The position numbers and the translations under genes are program-made. The notes beneath the pieces were generated by a model. That model was given only the letters and a program-made list of their open reading frames with translations. It had not been told where the DNA came from and made no database searches. Below, one piece after another: positions 9,806-19,087 of a stretch of 64,000 bases of DNA (position 1 is its first letter; the number at the start of each line of letters is the position of its first letter). Source of the DNA: a virus (lineage: Duplodnaviria; Caudoviricetes); IMG/VR virus record IMGVR_UViG_2623620512_000004, positions 8,375-72,374 of that record. One strand, given 5' to 3'.

Positions 9806-10255
9806 TTATTCATTCTGGCTGTTATTAGTCTCGACTGGCAGTGCCCTGTTCGTGGGGTCTGGCTCGTTCAGCTTCAGCGAGAACGTGGCGCACTCAGTGA
9901 TAAATTCATCAAACTGGGTGCATGAAAGATAGTTGCAACGGTACATGACTGTCGGCTGATACCTTGTCTTGATTTCCAGATAGCCAGTAGCGAGAATCTG
10001 GGTACAGAAGTTAGCATACTTCGTGAAGAAATCATTCGTATTCCGAGCATACAGTTGGATGGGAAGGGTCAAGTCCCTCTCATCGTACTTGGGGTCTTTA
10101 TTGACCACCTTCTTACCATGTTGCTGACGACTCTTACTGCTGATGACCGCTTTCATGGGCGGTGGAGCCATAAGGGCTGACAAGCCTTTCTGCGTCATAC
10201 TGATTCCGTAGTCAGTAAAGACATCGTGGTTATTGATTATCAAATCTCCTTGCAT
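9806..10255 (-). CDS. Distal tail (Dit-like) protein
   Basis: 149 aa ending FSLKLNEPDPTNR; position after the tape measure gene. Confidence 0.65.
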   Translation of the reverse strand: MQGDLIINNHDVFTDYGISMTQKGLSALMAPPPMKAVISSKSRQQHGKKVVNKDPKYDERDLTLPIQLYARNTNDFFTKYANFCTQILATGYLEIKTRYQPTVMYRCNYLSCTQFDEFITECATFSLKLNEPDPTNRALPVETNNSQNE

Positions 10256-10365
10256 TGCGAGTGATATTTGGTTACTTATTTTCTTCGTAGAACATCATTG
10301 CGTCCGCTGTGTGCTCGTTTTATCCTCTGGATGGATAGTTATAAGGGTGCAACAGGAAAAGACGC

Positions 10366-10893
10366 TTATTTCCGCTCTGTGTGCAGGTGGTATCCCTTGC
10401 CGTGGAACTTGGCTTTGCCGAAGGTCTCACAGCCGCATTTGTCTGATTTGCCGATGAAGGTGCTTTCATCATCCATGATGGCATCTGCAGCACCCTTGCC
10501 GACAACCCATGCCTTGCCGTAGCCCCAGACGTGGTTATCGCCAACAGTGACCACCATATCCTTCACGACAACCTTACACTTGGTGCCTGTGAAGTCGAGG
10601 CCGCTGACCTCATCTACCAGGACAATATCTGTTGGCAGGCTGTCAGAGGGTACTTCATTGAAGAACAGCCTTACACCGCTCTCCGCTACCAGTTCCCTGT
10701 ACTTCTTGAACATGAAGGTAGGCATACTGCCCTTGCCCCATACCCATAGCATGAGATTGGTACCAAGGCCGACAAACTTTAGGAAGTCTATCGTGGAAAC
10801 ATTATCGTCAAGGACCATAGCCCTAACCTTTCCGCAGTACGTCTCTGGATGCTTATCCAGAATCTCGTGTATCTCTTCTCTGAACTTATCCAT
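10366..10893 (-). CDS. Hypothetical protein
   Basis: 175-aa ORF starting 4 nt after the tape measure stop. Confidence 0.55.
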   Translation of the reverse strand: MDKFREEIHEILDKHPETYCGKVRAMVLDDNVSTIDFLKFVGLGTNLMLWVWGKGSMPTFMFKKYRELVAESGVRLFFNEVPSDSLPTDIVLVDEVSGLDFTGTKCKVVVKDMVVTVGDNHVWGYGKAWVVGKGAADAIMDDESTFIGKSDKCGCETFGKAKFHGKGYHLHTERK

Positions 10894-10896
10894 ATC

Positions 10897-13800
10897 TTAT
10901 AGATTTTTGGTGTTGTTGACAATATCATCAAGTTTCTCTCCGAACTCGTTATACAACAGCTTCGCATACTTCACGACATCCTCCAGATAGGAGTTGGTCA
11001 TGATCATCAAATTGCGAATCTCTATAACGGCTCCGTTGGTGCTTCCAGAGAAGGCTGCGAGGCTGTTCATGGTAGCCACAACAACGAGCATCTGAGCACT
11101 GATGTTCTCACCTGCTATCTGGACGGCAGTGAAGCGTCCGCTCAGTTCCTCGCCCAAGTCCTGCGACATAGCATTGAAGCCCTTAGAACTGGCTTCCTGC
11201 TCATAGGTGTCCGCATAGCCTGTAATCTGGGCGGCTTGGTCACGGACTTCCATAGCCTGCTTGACAAGGGCCTCATACTCTCTCTGGAGGTCTGCCAGTT
11301 CTGTTTCGCTGAGAGTGTTGTCATTCTCCAGATACTTACCCCACTTAATCTGCCACTTCTTGATAGCATCGTTCAGTCCAGAGGTGGCCATGAAGGAATC
11401 CATCAAGGAATCAGTCATCATCTTGGCAAAGTCATTGGTGAAGTCCTTGGCATCACTCTTCATATCCATCATCTTGCTCTTGAAGTCGCTACGCAAGTCA
11501 TCGAAGGACATATTCGTCAGAGTGGCATAGAACTCTGAAATGATTTCGGTGTCTCTCTCAGCAAGGTCACCGATGGCCTCCAGATAGTTCTTGACCTCGG
11601 TAGGATTCCTCTCTGAATCCACGTCACCGAAGTAGTCAGCCCAAGCGTTACCTGCATAGGTACGGAGTATCTGAATATCCTTGGCAGAGAGACCTACTAC
11701 ATCACCTGCGCTGCCTACCATTGTGGTTGAGCCGTGCTGTGCCAGGACACTGTTGAAACGGTTATAGTCGAAGCCGGAATCATTTCGCTTGTAGTACCAA
11801 GAGTGATAGCCCTTATCAGAATCTCCTGCTATCAAGTCTGCAGAACCTCTGTTGGACGCTATCTGTCCTTGCAGAGCGGAGAGGGCGGCATCACGTTCTC
11901 TGGCCGCATCGGATGGAGATTTGGTCTTATCCTTCATCTTCTCGGTCAACTGCTGAACAGCATACGTGTTGGCCTCGATTTTGGTTTTCCAATCCTCCAG
12001 TTCCTTCTTATACTCTTCCTCATGGCTCTTACCTCCGAAGATGCTTCCTGCAAGTCCGAAAGTAACGAGGTTGGCCACACCGTCTATGACTGAGCCGATG
12101 ATGTTGGCAACACCCTCCAGGACGGCAGGGACTATATCAGTAAGGAGTTGACTGAGTATCTTATCAATGACGTCAGCTATCTTGTCAAGAATGTTGGTGA
12201 TGAATCCTGCGGGGTCATCACCAAGGGCATCAACAATCTGTAGGATGGCACCGATAAGACCACCTGTCTTTCCTCCTATGGCTCCTACAAGGCCATCTGC
12301 TGCCTTGCCTGTCTTACTGGTGAGCGAGTTTATCACTCCTGCAACACCGTTGGCGAATCCAGAGAGCGTTCCAGAGGTGAGGTTTCCAAGGGTGGTCTGG
12401 AAGTCCTGCAGGCCCTTCGTGGCTGCATCAGTAGCCGTGTGGAGGTTCTGGTTAGCCTCATCCTTGGCTGCACCAGTGCTCTCGACTGTTCCTGCACTCT
12501 CTTCAACTGCTTGCTTGGCCAGATCTACCTTCATCTGCGCTACAGCCTGTGCAGTAGGAGTGGTAGCCTCTGCCAGTTCCTTCTCGGCACTGATGAGTAT
12601 ATCAACGGCATTCTTATGGGTCTCTTGGGCTGCAAGGAAATCCTTGACCCTCTGTTTGTACTGCTCCGTGAGTTTGCCGATGTCATTCCATGTGGATGCA
12701 GCGAGAGGTGACTTACCTTCAATGCCTCCTGCCTGCTGCAACTGAGAGACAAGGTCTTGGTATGACTTCTTATCAGCAGCACCCAAACCTTTGTACTCAT
12801 CGGTTTTCATGTACTCCTTGACCTTGGAGAGTCTTTCCTTGGCGATACCTTCCAGTACGTTGCCGATGCCGGAGAAAGTCTGGTTCCAGTCTATGCTCAT
12901 TGCGAGGGACTGAGCGTTGACAGACGAAAGAGCACTCTTCTTTTCTGCTTCGAGGGCCTTCTTGCGTATATCGCTCTTTTCCTTGGCAATCTTCTCATCG
13001 TATTCCTTGGTGATGGCGTAACGCTGTTGCTCTATCGTGCCGTATTCCTTAAGGTAGTTGTACAAGTCCTGCAACTCCGATGCGGCCAGTTCTGCCTTGG
13101 AGCGTTTGTACTGCTCCAGATTGGCGTTCAACTGTGCTTCGTAGTTCTGGGTCTCTGCGTCAGAGTATGAGGTGTCAACAGTGGATTCATCGAATACCTT
13201 GTTATTGTTGGCAGGATTGGCTTCCCAGAGTTTTCGGGCTTCGTCAATCTTCTTCTGCTTCAAGTCCTCATAGGCACGTTCTATCTCAGTCTTACGCTTC
13301 TCGAAGTCGAGTTGGATTTGGCGCATGGTCTTATCATTGCCATCCTCCATAGCGTCAATCTCGGCCTGTGTGGTCGAGTGCTGAATATCAACAGCAGCCC
13401 TCGCATTATCCTGCTTCTGCTTTTCAAGGAGGTCATTGAACTTCTGGAGGGCTTTCATTCTACGGATGCGCTCGTTCTCTTCCTTGTTCTCCCTCTTAGT
13501 GGGGTCTGAACCAAGGGCTTTCTTTGCAGCACTGACAGCGGCATCAAGTCTCTTGCGCTCATTGTCACGCTCTTCCTTGGTGTACTTCTTGTCTTTGTAC
13601 TTACCCTTGCCCTGCTCGAAGTCAGAGAGTTCCTTCTTGGCGGCTGTGAGGTTTTTCCTTAGTTCCTTCTGCCACTCCGCAGAAGTCTTGACGATGGTAG
13701 GTGTATCGGCTTCCCAATGGCCACCTGCCAGAGATACCATATCCTCTACCCAGTGCATACCATCCTTGCCTTCCTTGGCGGCATCTGCCCCATTCTTGGC

Positions 13801-15684
13801 CTTTTCATAGTTCATGCGGATGGTGAAGGGTATTTGAGTAACACCCATACTGATGAAGCCGTTACGCATCTGGATAAGTTCATCCAACATCTTCTGCTTC
13901 TCTTCAGCAGCGAGTTTCAGCTTCATGTCGATAGGATTCTGCTCAGACTTTTCCTTTAAGTCCTTGACCTCCTTCTCGATGGTTGCTACATAGTCATCGA
14001 AGTTCTGGACGGCTTTCGAGTAGTCCTGCTCATTGATGGCAGTCTCTACTTCATGGGCCAGAGAGATAGCCCTGTCATAGAAATTCAAGATGGCTTGCTT
14101 GGATTCAGTATTTTCGTTGGCCTCCTTGACACGGATTTCTATAGGCTTGTTCTTCTCGGCAATCTCCTTGCGTCTGTTCTCTATCTCTTCAAGGGCTTTC
14201 CTTGCCTCCCTAAGTCCTGCGATGGCTGCGTTAAGGTCTTTCTCTTGGAATACCTTCGTCAGCTTCTCGATGAGGCCACCACCGCCAAAGGCGTTGAGGG
14301 TATCGTTAGCCTTCTTGACCTCTGCCTCCCATTGCTTAACCTGCTGAATGGTTTGACTATATTCAGCCTCATCCATGATGTCATTGATGTGCTTCTGAGC
14401 GTCACCAAAGTCCATAACGGCTACCTCTGCCTGTGTGTAGGCATTTGTCAGCGTAGGTGCTTCCTTGCTCAGATTCTCCCAAGCAAGGGCTTTCTCATAG
14501 TCCGTAGCGTTGGCATCCTGTACAGTCTGGATATATGAGGTGATACGGCTTTTCTGCTCTTCCAACTTGCCCTTGAACTCATCCATCTGTTCATTGGCTC
14601 TGCGTCTGGCCGCTGTCTCTGCATCCTCGGCTGTTGCCAACTTATAGATACCAAATGCCAGTCCAGCTACTGCCATCGTTGCAAGAACGTATGGGTTGGC
14701 CATGATGGTTTTATTCAAGAGGGCCTGTGCCTTTTCCTCTAATACGAGTGCTCCGTAATGAACTTTCTCGGCAGTTGTGAGGGCAAACAGGCCGACAGTC
14801 CTTGCCTTGTCAAGTGCGTTGGCTGTCATGAGGGCTGTTTTGTACAGGCCATAGGCTACAACGGCATCCTGTATGTACTTGGCCAACGTCTGGTAGTTAT
14901 CAATAATCTCTGAGCCAATCTTGATACCGCTGATAATCGTATCTTGGTACTTCTCGCCAATCTCATTCAGCATGGCATTGAAGTTATCCTCGAACTGGCC
15001 AATCTCAGCAGAAATATTCTCCATCATCTCCAACTGGAGGTCATGGAACATACCACCTTCACCTGTAACATGGTCAAGTACCTTGTTCAGTTGCTCGAAG
15101 GTGACGGCAGTACCGCTTGCCTCTTCGCCCATCTGTTTCAGCACGTCCTTGATGACAACACCCTTGACGGCCCAACTCTGGATTCCCTGTGCGTCAACAA
15201 CACCTGTACTCTTGGCTTTATTGTAGATGGCCACCAAGTCCATGAGGTTTCCATGGGTGCCGACTGCGATATTCGATAACTGGTCAAGTTTGGGAATGAT
15301 GGTGTCTATATCATGTCCGTAGGCTATCATCTGCTGACTGGCATCAGCAAGGTCTTTAAACTCGAACATATTATAGTACGCATAGTCTTTCAACTGCTGT
15401 GTGAACTCAGCGGCTTTCTTCTCGTTGCCAAGGAACACCTTCATGCTCGATTCTATGTCTTGGAAGAAGGAGCGCATTTCTACGACCTTGCCAACAAATG
15501 CCTTAGCCTCTTGGAATGAGAAAGCGATACCTGCAGCCGCTCCGATACGCTTGAACATATCTTCAATGCTCGCTCCGCTGTCCTCAACTTGACGCTGCAT
15601 CTGCTTCACACCGCTCTGTACCTCGCCAAAGGATTGCAGAACGTTCCTGTTGTCACCTGTGATGTCAAACTTGATACCTGCCAT
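10897..15684 (-). CDS. Tape measure protein
   Basis: 1595 aa, helical and Ala-rich; N-terminal tape-measure domain (SMKVFLG..KAAEF..LKDYA). Confidence 0.9.
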   Translation of the reverse strand: MAGIKFDITGDNRNVLQSFGEVQSGVKQMQRQVEDSGASIEDMFKRIGAAAGIAFSFQEAKAFVGKVVEMRSFFQDIESSMKVFLGNEKKAAEFTQQLKDYAYYNMFEFKDLADASQQMIAYGHDIDTIIPKLDQLSNIAVGTHGNLMDLVAIYNKAKSTGVVDAQGIQSWAVKGVVIKDVLKQMGEEASGTAVTFEQLNKVLDHVTGEGGMFHDLQLEMMENISAEIGQFEDNFNAMLNEIGEKYQDTIISGIKIGSEIIDNYQTLAKYIQDAVVAYGLYKTALMTANALDKARTVGLFALTTAEKVHYGALVLEEKAQALLNKTIMANPYVLATMAVAGLAFGIYKLATAEDAETAARRRANEQMDEFKGKLEEQKSRITSYIQTVQDANATDYEKALAWENLSKEAPTLTNAYTQAEVAVMDFGDAQKHINDIMDEAEYSQTIQQVKQWEAEVKKANDTLNAFGGGGLIEKLTKVFQEKDLNAAIAGLREARKALEEIENRRKEIAEKNKPIEIRVKEANENTESKQAILNFYDRAISLAHEVETAINEQDYSKAVQNFDDYVATIEKEVKDLKEKSEQNPIDMKLKLAAEEKQKMLDELIQMRNGFISMGVTQIPFTIRMNYEKAKNGADAAKEGKDGMHWVEDMVSLAGGHWEADTPTIVKTSAEWQKELRKNLTAAKKELSDFEQGKGKYKDKKYTKEERDNERKRLDAAVSAAKKALGSDPTKRENKEENERIRRMKALQKFNDLLEKQKQDNARAAVDIQHSTTQAEIDAMEDGNDKTMRQIQLDFEKRKTEIERAYEDLKQKKIDEARKLWEANPANNNKVFDESTVDTSYSDAETQNYEAQLNANLEQYKRSKAELAASELQDLYNYLKEYGTIEQQRYAITKEYDEKIAKEKSDIRKKALEAEKKSALSSVNAQSLAMSIDWNQTFSGIGNVLEGIAKERLSKVKEYMKTDEYKGLGAADKKSYQDLVSQLQQAGGIEGKSPLAASTWNDIGKLTEQYKQRVKDFLAAQETHKNAVDILISAEKELAEATTPTAQAVAQMKVDLAKQAVEESAGTVESTGAAKDEANQNLHTATDAATKGLQDFQTTLGNLTSGTLSGFANGVAGVINSLTSKTGKAADGLVGAIGGKTGGLIGAILQIVDALGDDPAGFITNILDKIADVIDKILSQLLTDIVPAVLEGVANIIGSVIDGVANLVTFGLAGSIFGGKSHEEEYKKELEDWKTKIEANTYAVQQLTEKMKDKTKSPSDAARERDAALSALQGQIASNRGSADLIAGDSDKGYHSWYYKRNDSGFDYNRFNSVLAQHGSTTMVGSAGDVVGLSAKDIQILRTYAGNAWADYFGDVDSERNPTEVKNYLEAIGDLAERDTEIISEFYATLTNMSFDDLRSDFKSKMMDMKSDAKDFTNDFAKMMTDSLMDSFMATSGLNDAIKKWQIKWGKYLENDNTLSETELADLQREYEALVKQAMEVRDQAAQITGYADTYEQEASSKGFNAMSQDLGEELSGRFTAVQIAGENISAQMLVVVATMNSLAAFSGSTNGAVIEIRNLMIMTNSYLEDVVKYAKLLYNEFGEKLDDIVNNTKNL

Positions 15685-15988
15685 GATCTATTTTTACTTC
15701 AATTTTCTATTCAGTGCCAAAAATTGGCTTCGTGTAGTTCGCTGTGTTCGCCGTTTAACATTTGCTTGGATAAGTTATATGTTTGGACGTGCGAAAATCG
15801 CGTAGCGGACTTTAAAATTCGTTTTGAACCTTGGAGCAACGTGCGAAGTGTTAAAATGGTGCTTTGACCACCTTTTTGACTGCCATTTTCACGGCCATCC
15901 TTTTTTAGTGTCACTTTTGTCACACGCTGCCACCCCCACCTGCATCAGTTTTTATCGTATTATTATGGCAAAGTGGTGGGGGCGGCTG

Positions 15989-16702
15989 TTAACTCCAATT
16001 GCCCTCTCTGATGATGTCATCCATCTGCTGTGCATCATTGCCGTCAATGGACTTACCATCAATGGGTACGTGGCATCTTTTTGCCTCTTCATCCGTGAGG
16101 TATATGGACTTGACGCTATCTCTCAGCATCATCTGGAGGTTGGTGTAGGATATTTCCCAAACCACATAGTCAAACGTCCATCCGTAGCGTTCACACGCCT
16201 GGTCAATGATGGAGCCATACACGCTCACGCCTCCGAACTGATAAGTATTCTTATTCTTCTTGCACCTGTTGACCTCCTTCATGCGTTCCAGTTCCTTGTC
16301 AATCTTGGTATGCTTCATGAAGTCGGCCAGTTTCTCCCATGTGAGACAGAGAATGAGCAGGGTGGCCATGTCCTCTTTTCCAAGTTCCTTTTCGAGAAGG
16401 TTCTTTCTGGTGGTCACTACTCTAGAATCATTGACTTCCTTCTTTGTCTTTAGGGTGTGATAGGTAAGGAGCAACAGGCAGTCATCCTTGTGTATCTCTA
16501 CCAGACGCAGGGCTTCCGCAAAGGGGTTTATTTGGAGGTTTCTTGCGTTTATCTCCAACTGCTCTACGATTCTCTGGGTTAGGAACATCTTACCCAAGGT
16601 GACAGGCCATAAATAGAAATGTCGGTGCCCTGCTGTAAATCCTTTCGGACGGTCTAACACGGCATCGACAATATCATATACTATGTTGTCTTTCTCGTTC
16701 AT
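15989..16702 (-). CDS. Tail assembly chaperone
   Basis: Between the tail tube and tape measure genes; ACERYGWTFDYVVWEISYTNLQMM motif. Confidence 0.65.
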   Translation of the reverse strand: MNEKDNIVYDIVDAVLDRPKGFTAGHRHFYLWPVTLGKMFLTQRIVEQLEINARNLQINPFAEALRLVEIHKDDCLLLLTYHTLKTKKEVNDSRVVTTRKNLLEKELGKEDMATLLILCLTWEKLADFMKHTKIDKELERMKEVNRCKKNKNTYQFGGVSVYGSIIDQACERYGWTFDYVVWEISYTNLQMMLRDSVKSIYLTDEEAKRCHVPIDGKSIDGNDAQQMDDIIREGNWS

Positions 16703-16725
16703 ATTGTCAGCATCTTTGGTTTTTG

Positions 16726-16798
16726 TTGCGGTGAGTGGACTCGAACCACTGACCTGTAGTGTATGAGGCTACCGCGCTACCATCTGCGCCACACCGCG
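16726..16798 (-). tRNA. tRNA-Met(CAT), initiator-like, with an atypical anticodon stem
   Basis: Cloverleaf CGCGGTG/CACCGCA, D stem GCGC/GCGC, anticodon loop CTCATAC, T arm AGTGG-TTCGAGT-CCACT; C1:A72 mismatch; no encoded CCA. Confidence 0.9.
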
Positions 16799-16844
16799 AT
16801 ATTTGCCGCCTGTTGACCCAAGGCGGCAGGAGGGATAGGAGAGA

Positions 16845-17519
16845 CTACGAACGAGCGTAGTAGGTGGTTCCTTCGACAACAGCGGTGTCCTCGGCCAACA
16901 GGTAGCGAGTACCGTTCTTGATATACCAGCCTTCCGCAGAAGGATTCTTACTGGAATATCCAGTGCTTTCGGGGTCAACTGCTGTGAATGTTGCAGAGGT
17001 TGATTCAGTGTCAACGTCCGTAAAGACGATGGCATTGTCAGCAATCTCGGCACCTTCCTCATACGTAGAGAGGTCGATGTTAATCTTGGCCCACTTAACA
17101 GTGTTGCCGCTTGCGGGCTTCAGTGCATCGTGGGTGTAGGTCAACTGACCACCGTCCGTAGTATCGAAGGGGTCCTCCAGAGTGACAACGGTGAGGTCGA
17201 GTTTCGGACCAGGAACATTGACGTTCTCGGGCTGCACAAAGACAGCATAACGGTGAGCGACAACACCATCAACATCAGTGAAGGGCTTCTTACGCTCAGT
17301 GTTTCTGCGGATAGTGTAGGCGAGTTCGTACTTGTTCTTGCCGTACTTCACGTCCTCGTTCTCACCACCTTCGATGGTGGCTTCCTTCTTGTCACCCTTG
17401 GTAGGTGTCAACTGCGTGGAATCTTCTTTCGGGGTGGGGAGCAGAATCCACTTTGCTCCAACAGTATCAAGGTCCTTGACGATGATAAAACATTTACCCC
17501 AACCAATCGGCTTATTCAT
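16845..17519 (-). CDS. Major tail (tube) protein
   Basis: IGWGK...TPKEDSTQL...KEATIEGGENED motif; position in the tail module. Confidence 0.7.
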   Translation of the reverse strand: MNKPIGWGKCFIIVKDLDTVGAKWILLPTPKEDSTQLTPTKGDKKEATIEGGENEDVKYGKNKYELAYTIRRNTERKKPFTDVDGVVAHRYAVFVQPENVNVPGPKLDLTVVTLEDPFDTTDGGQLTYTHDALKPASGNTVKWAKINIDLSTYEEGAEIADNAIVFTDVDTESTSATFTAVDPESTGYSSKNPSAEGWYIKNGTRYLLAEDTAVVEGTTYYARS

Positions 17520-17523
17520 TGTA

Positions 17524-17937
17524 CTATTCGTTTATGATTTGATACAACAGCTTGTTATTGATGATGTGGCACTGAGAGCCGGAATCCTCAATGACCCTCT
17601 GGCCACACTCATACTTAGAATCTGATATGGAAAGGCGAAAGTCATTGCCCCTAACGTTCTCGAAGAGACTGAAGGACTTCTCGCAGAGCGTTCGCAGTCT
17701 GGGAGAATCTTCCTCCAGTTGCCCATTGATATTCTTATCGGGAACATAGACGTTGACGTTTACATAAGCCATCTGGGCCTGCTTGGTCTCGTTGGCGAGG
17801 ATGGAAATGACAATATCCTCCTTCTTCGAGTTGTGCGGTCTCTTACGCTTGCTCAACTCCCCATTAACAGCCAAATGCAAGGGGGTGTCGAGAATGACAT
17901 TGTAAATATCGTCTTTGATGTCGATGTCTGATTTCAT
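17524..17937 (-). CDS. Tail terminator-like protein
   Basis: 137 aa with EDIVIS...VNVNVYVPD; position. Confidence 0.6.
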   Translation of the reverse strand: MKSDIDIKDDIYNVILDTPLHLAVNGELSKRKRPHNSKKEDIVISILANETKQAQMAYVNVNVYVPDKNINGQLEEDSPRLRTLCEKSFSLFENVRGNDFRLSISDSKYECGQRVIEDSGSQCHIINNKLLYQIINE

Positions 17938-18416
17938 AACTTTAGGGCATTTATCTTCTTGATGGCTGATTCCTTGGCTCTCTGGAGGCGTTTTTCAACC
18001 TCGGCCTTAGCCCAGAGTTCAGTAGAGGCGAGAACGTCCTTGCCTTCTATCGCTTCAACATACTCCGCATAGTTCATGGCTGCGATAACGACCAGAGCAA
18101 ACACATTGGAATACTCCTTGGCCAGTTCCTTCACCATCCGCTTACCTTCCTGTGAACCAGTGCTGCCGCCCTTGATCGTCTCGAAAGCAGAGGAAATCTG
18201 CTCAAAGCCGTAGTCGTAGATGGCATAGCCGATAGATGAGCGCAGGTTGGACGTGTGGTCATACCAACTTTCGTCCTGTGAGCGGTCTCGGATTTTTACC
18301 ACACATTCCTCACCAAGTTTGGCGAAGGCCATGAAAATCTCCCTCTGGATAATCTCGAAAGACTTCTTGAAAAAGGCTTCGATGGCGGCTTGTGGAGTGG
18401 TCATCCTTACACCCAT
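17934..18416 (-). CDS. HK97 gp10-like tail completion protein
   Basis: DHTSNLRSSIGY and AAMNYAEYVE motifs. Confidence 0.75.
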   Translation of the reverse strand: MGVRMTTPQAAIEAFFKKSFEIIQREIFMAFAKLGEECVVKIRDRSQDESWYDHTSNLRSSIGYAIYDYGFEQISSAFETIKGGSTGSQEGKRMVKELAKEYSNVFALVVIAAMNYAEYVEAIEGKDVLASTELWAKAEVEKRLQRAKESAIKKINALKL

Positions 18417-18751
18417 ATCTTACACTGCATCTGGTAGCGGTGAAATCCCTTTACGGTAAACTCTCTCACATCGTCATTGCTGCCGAACATCTTGACACGG
18501 ATTCTATCTCCGTACTTGAAGTCCCTGCATGACCTTGGCAGTCCATAGATGGTGTATGAATATGTCTCTACCTGTCCGTCTGGAATGGGAATGGTGTTGG
18601 CCTGTCCTGCAGGTACGATGTCGCACTTACAGTAGTCCGTTACCCATTGTTCCGTTCCTGCCACCCAGTCACCAGTAGTACGGTCATTGTGACCTTCCGA
18701 AACGGCTTCAAGGTATTCAAGGACGTGTGCAGATAAATCCAGTACTGCCAT
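18407..18751 (-). CDS. Head closure/head-tail adaptor
   Basis: 114 aa; position; ends VKGFHRYQ. Confidence 0.6.
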   Translation of the reverse strand: MAVLDLSAHVLEYLEAVSEGHNDRTTGDWVAGTEQWVTDYCKCDIVPAGQANTIPIPDGQVETYSYTIYGLPRSCRDFKYGDRIRVKMFGSNDDVREFTVKGFHRYQMQCKIWV

Positions 18752-18755
18752 CTTA

Positions 18756-19082
18756 TCAGCCTCCTATATAGACCATCGGTGCGCCTTGAACAGGCTCTTC
18801 ACCGATGGCTTCATAAAGGTTATTGATGCGGAAGAGCAGCCGTTCCTTATCCTTGTCAGTCAGTGTGCCTACGCTCTTATCTGATTCGTGAACGGAGACG
18901 GCTTGCAGAAGCGAGTAGAGACAGTCAGCCAGAGCACCCTTGAACTCCTTTGACTGAGAGACCTCATAGGTGTATTCATCCGTCTCAGTCAGCTGTCGCT
19001 CAATGATGGTGTTCTCTACGAACCCAATGGGTATCGGGTAGTGGATGGCATCTATCAGTGCCTGTTTGACTGTCTTTGCCAT
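18756..19082 (-). CDS. Head-tail connector
   Basis: 108-aa helical protein directly after the capsid gene. Confidence 0.6.
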   Translation of the reverse strand: MAKTVKQALIDAIHYPIPIGFVENTIIERQLTETDEYTYEVSQSKEFKGALADCLYSLLQAVSVHESDKSVGTLTDKDKERLLFRINNLYEAIGEEPVQGAPMVYIGG

Positions 19083-19087
19083 ATCAA

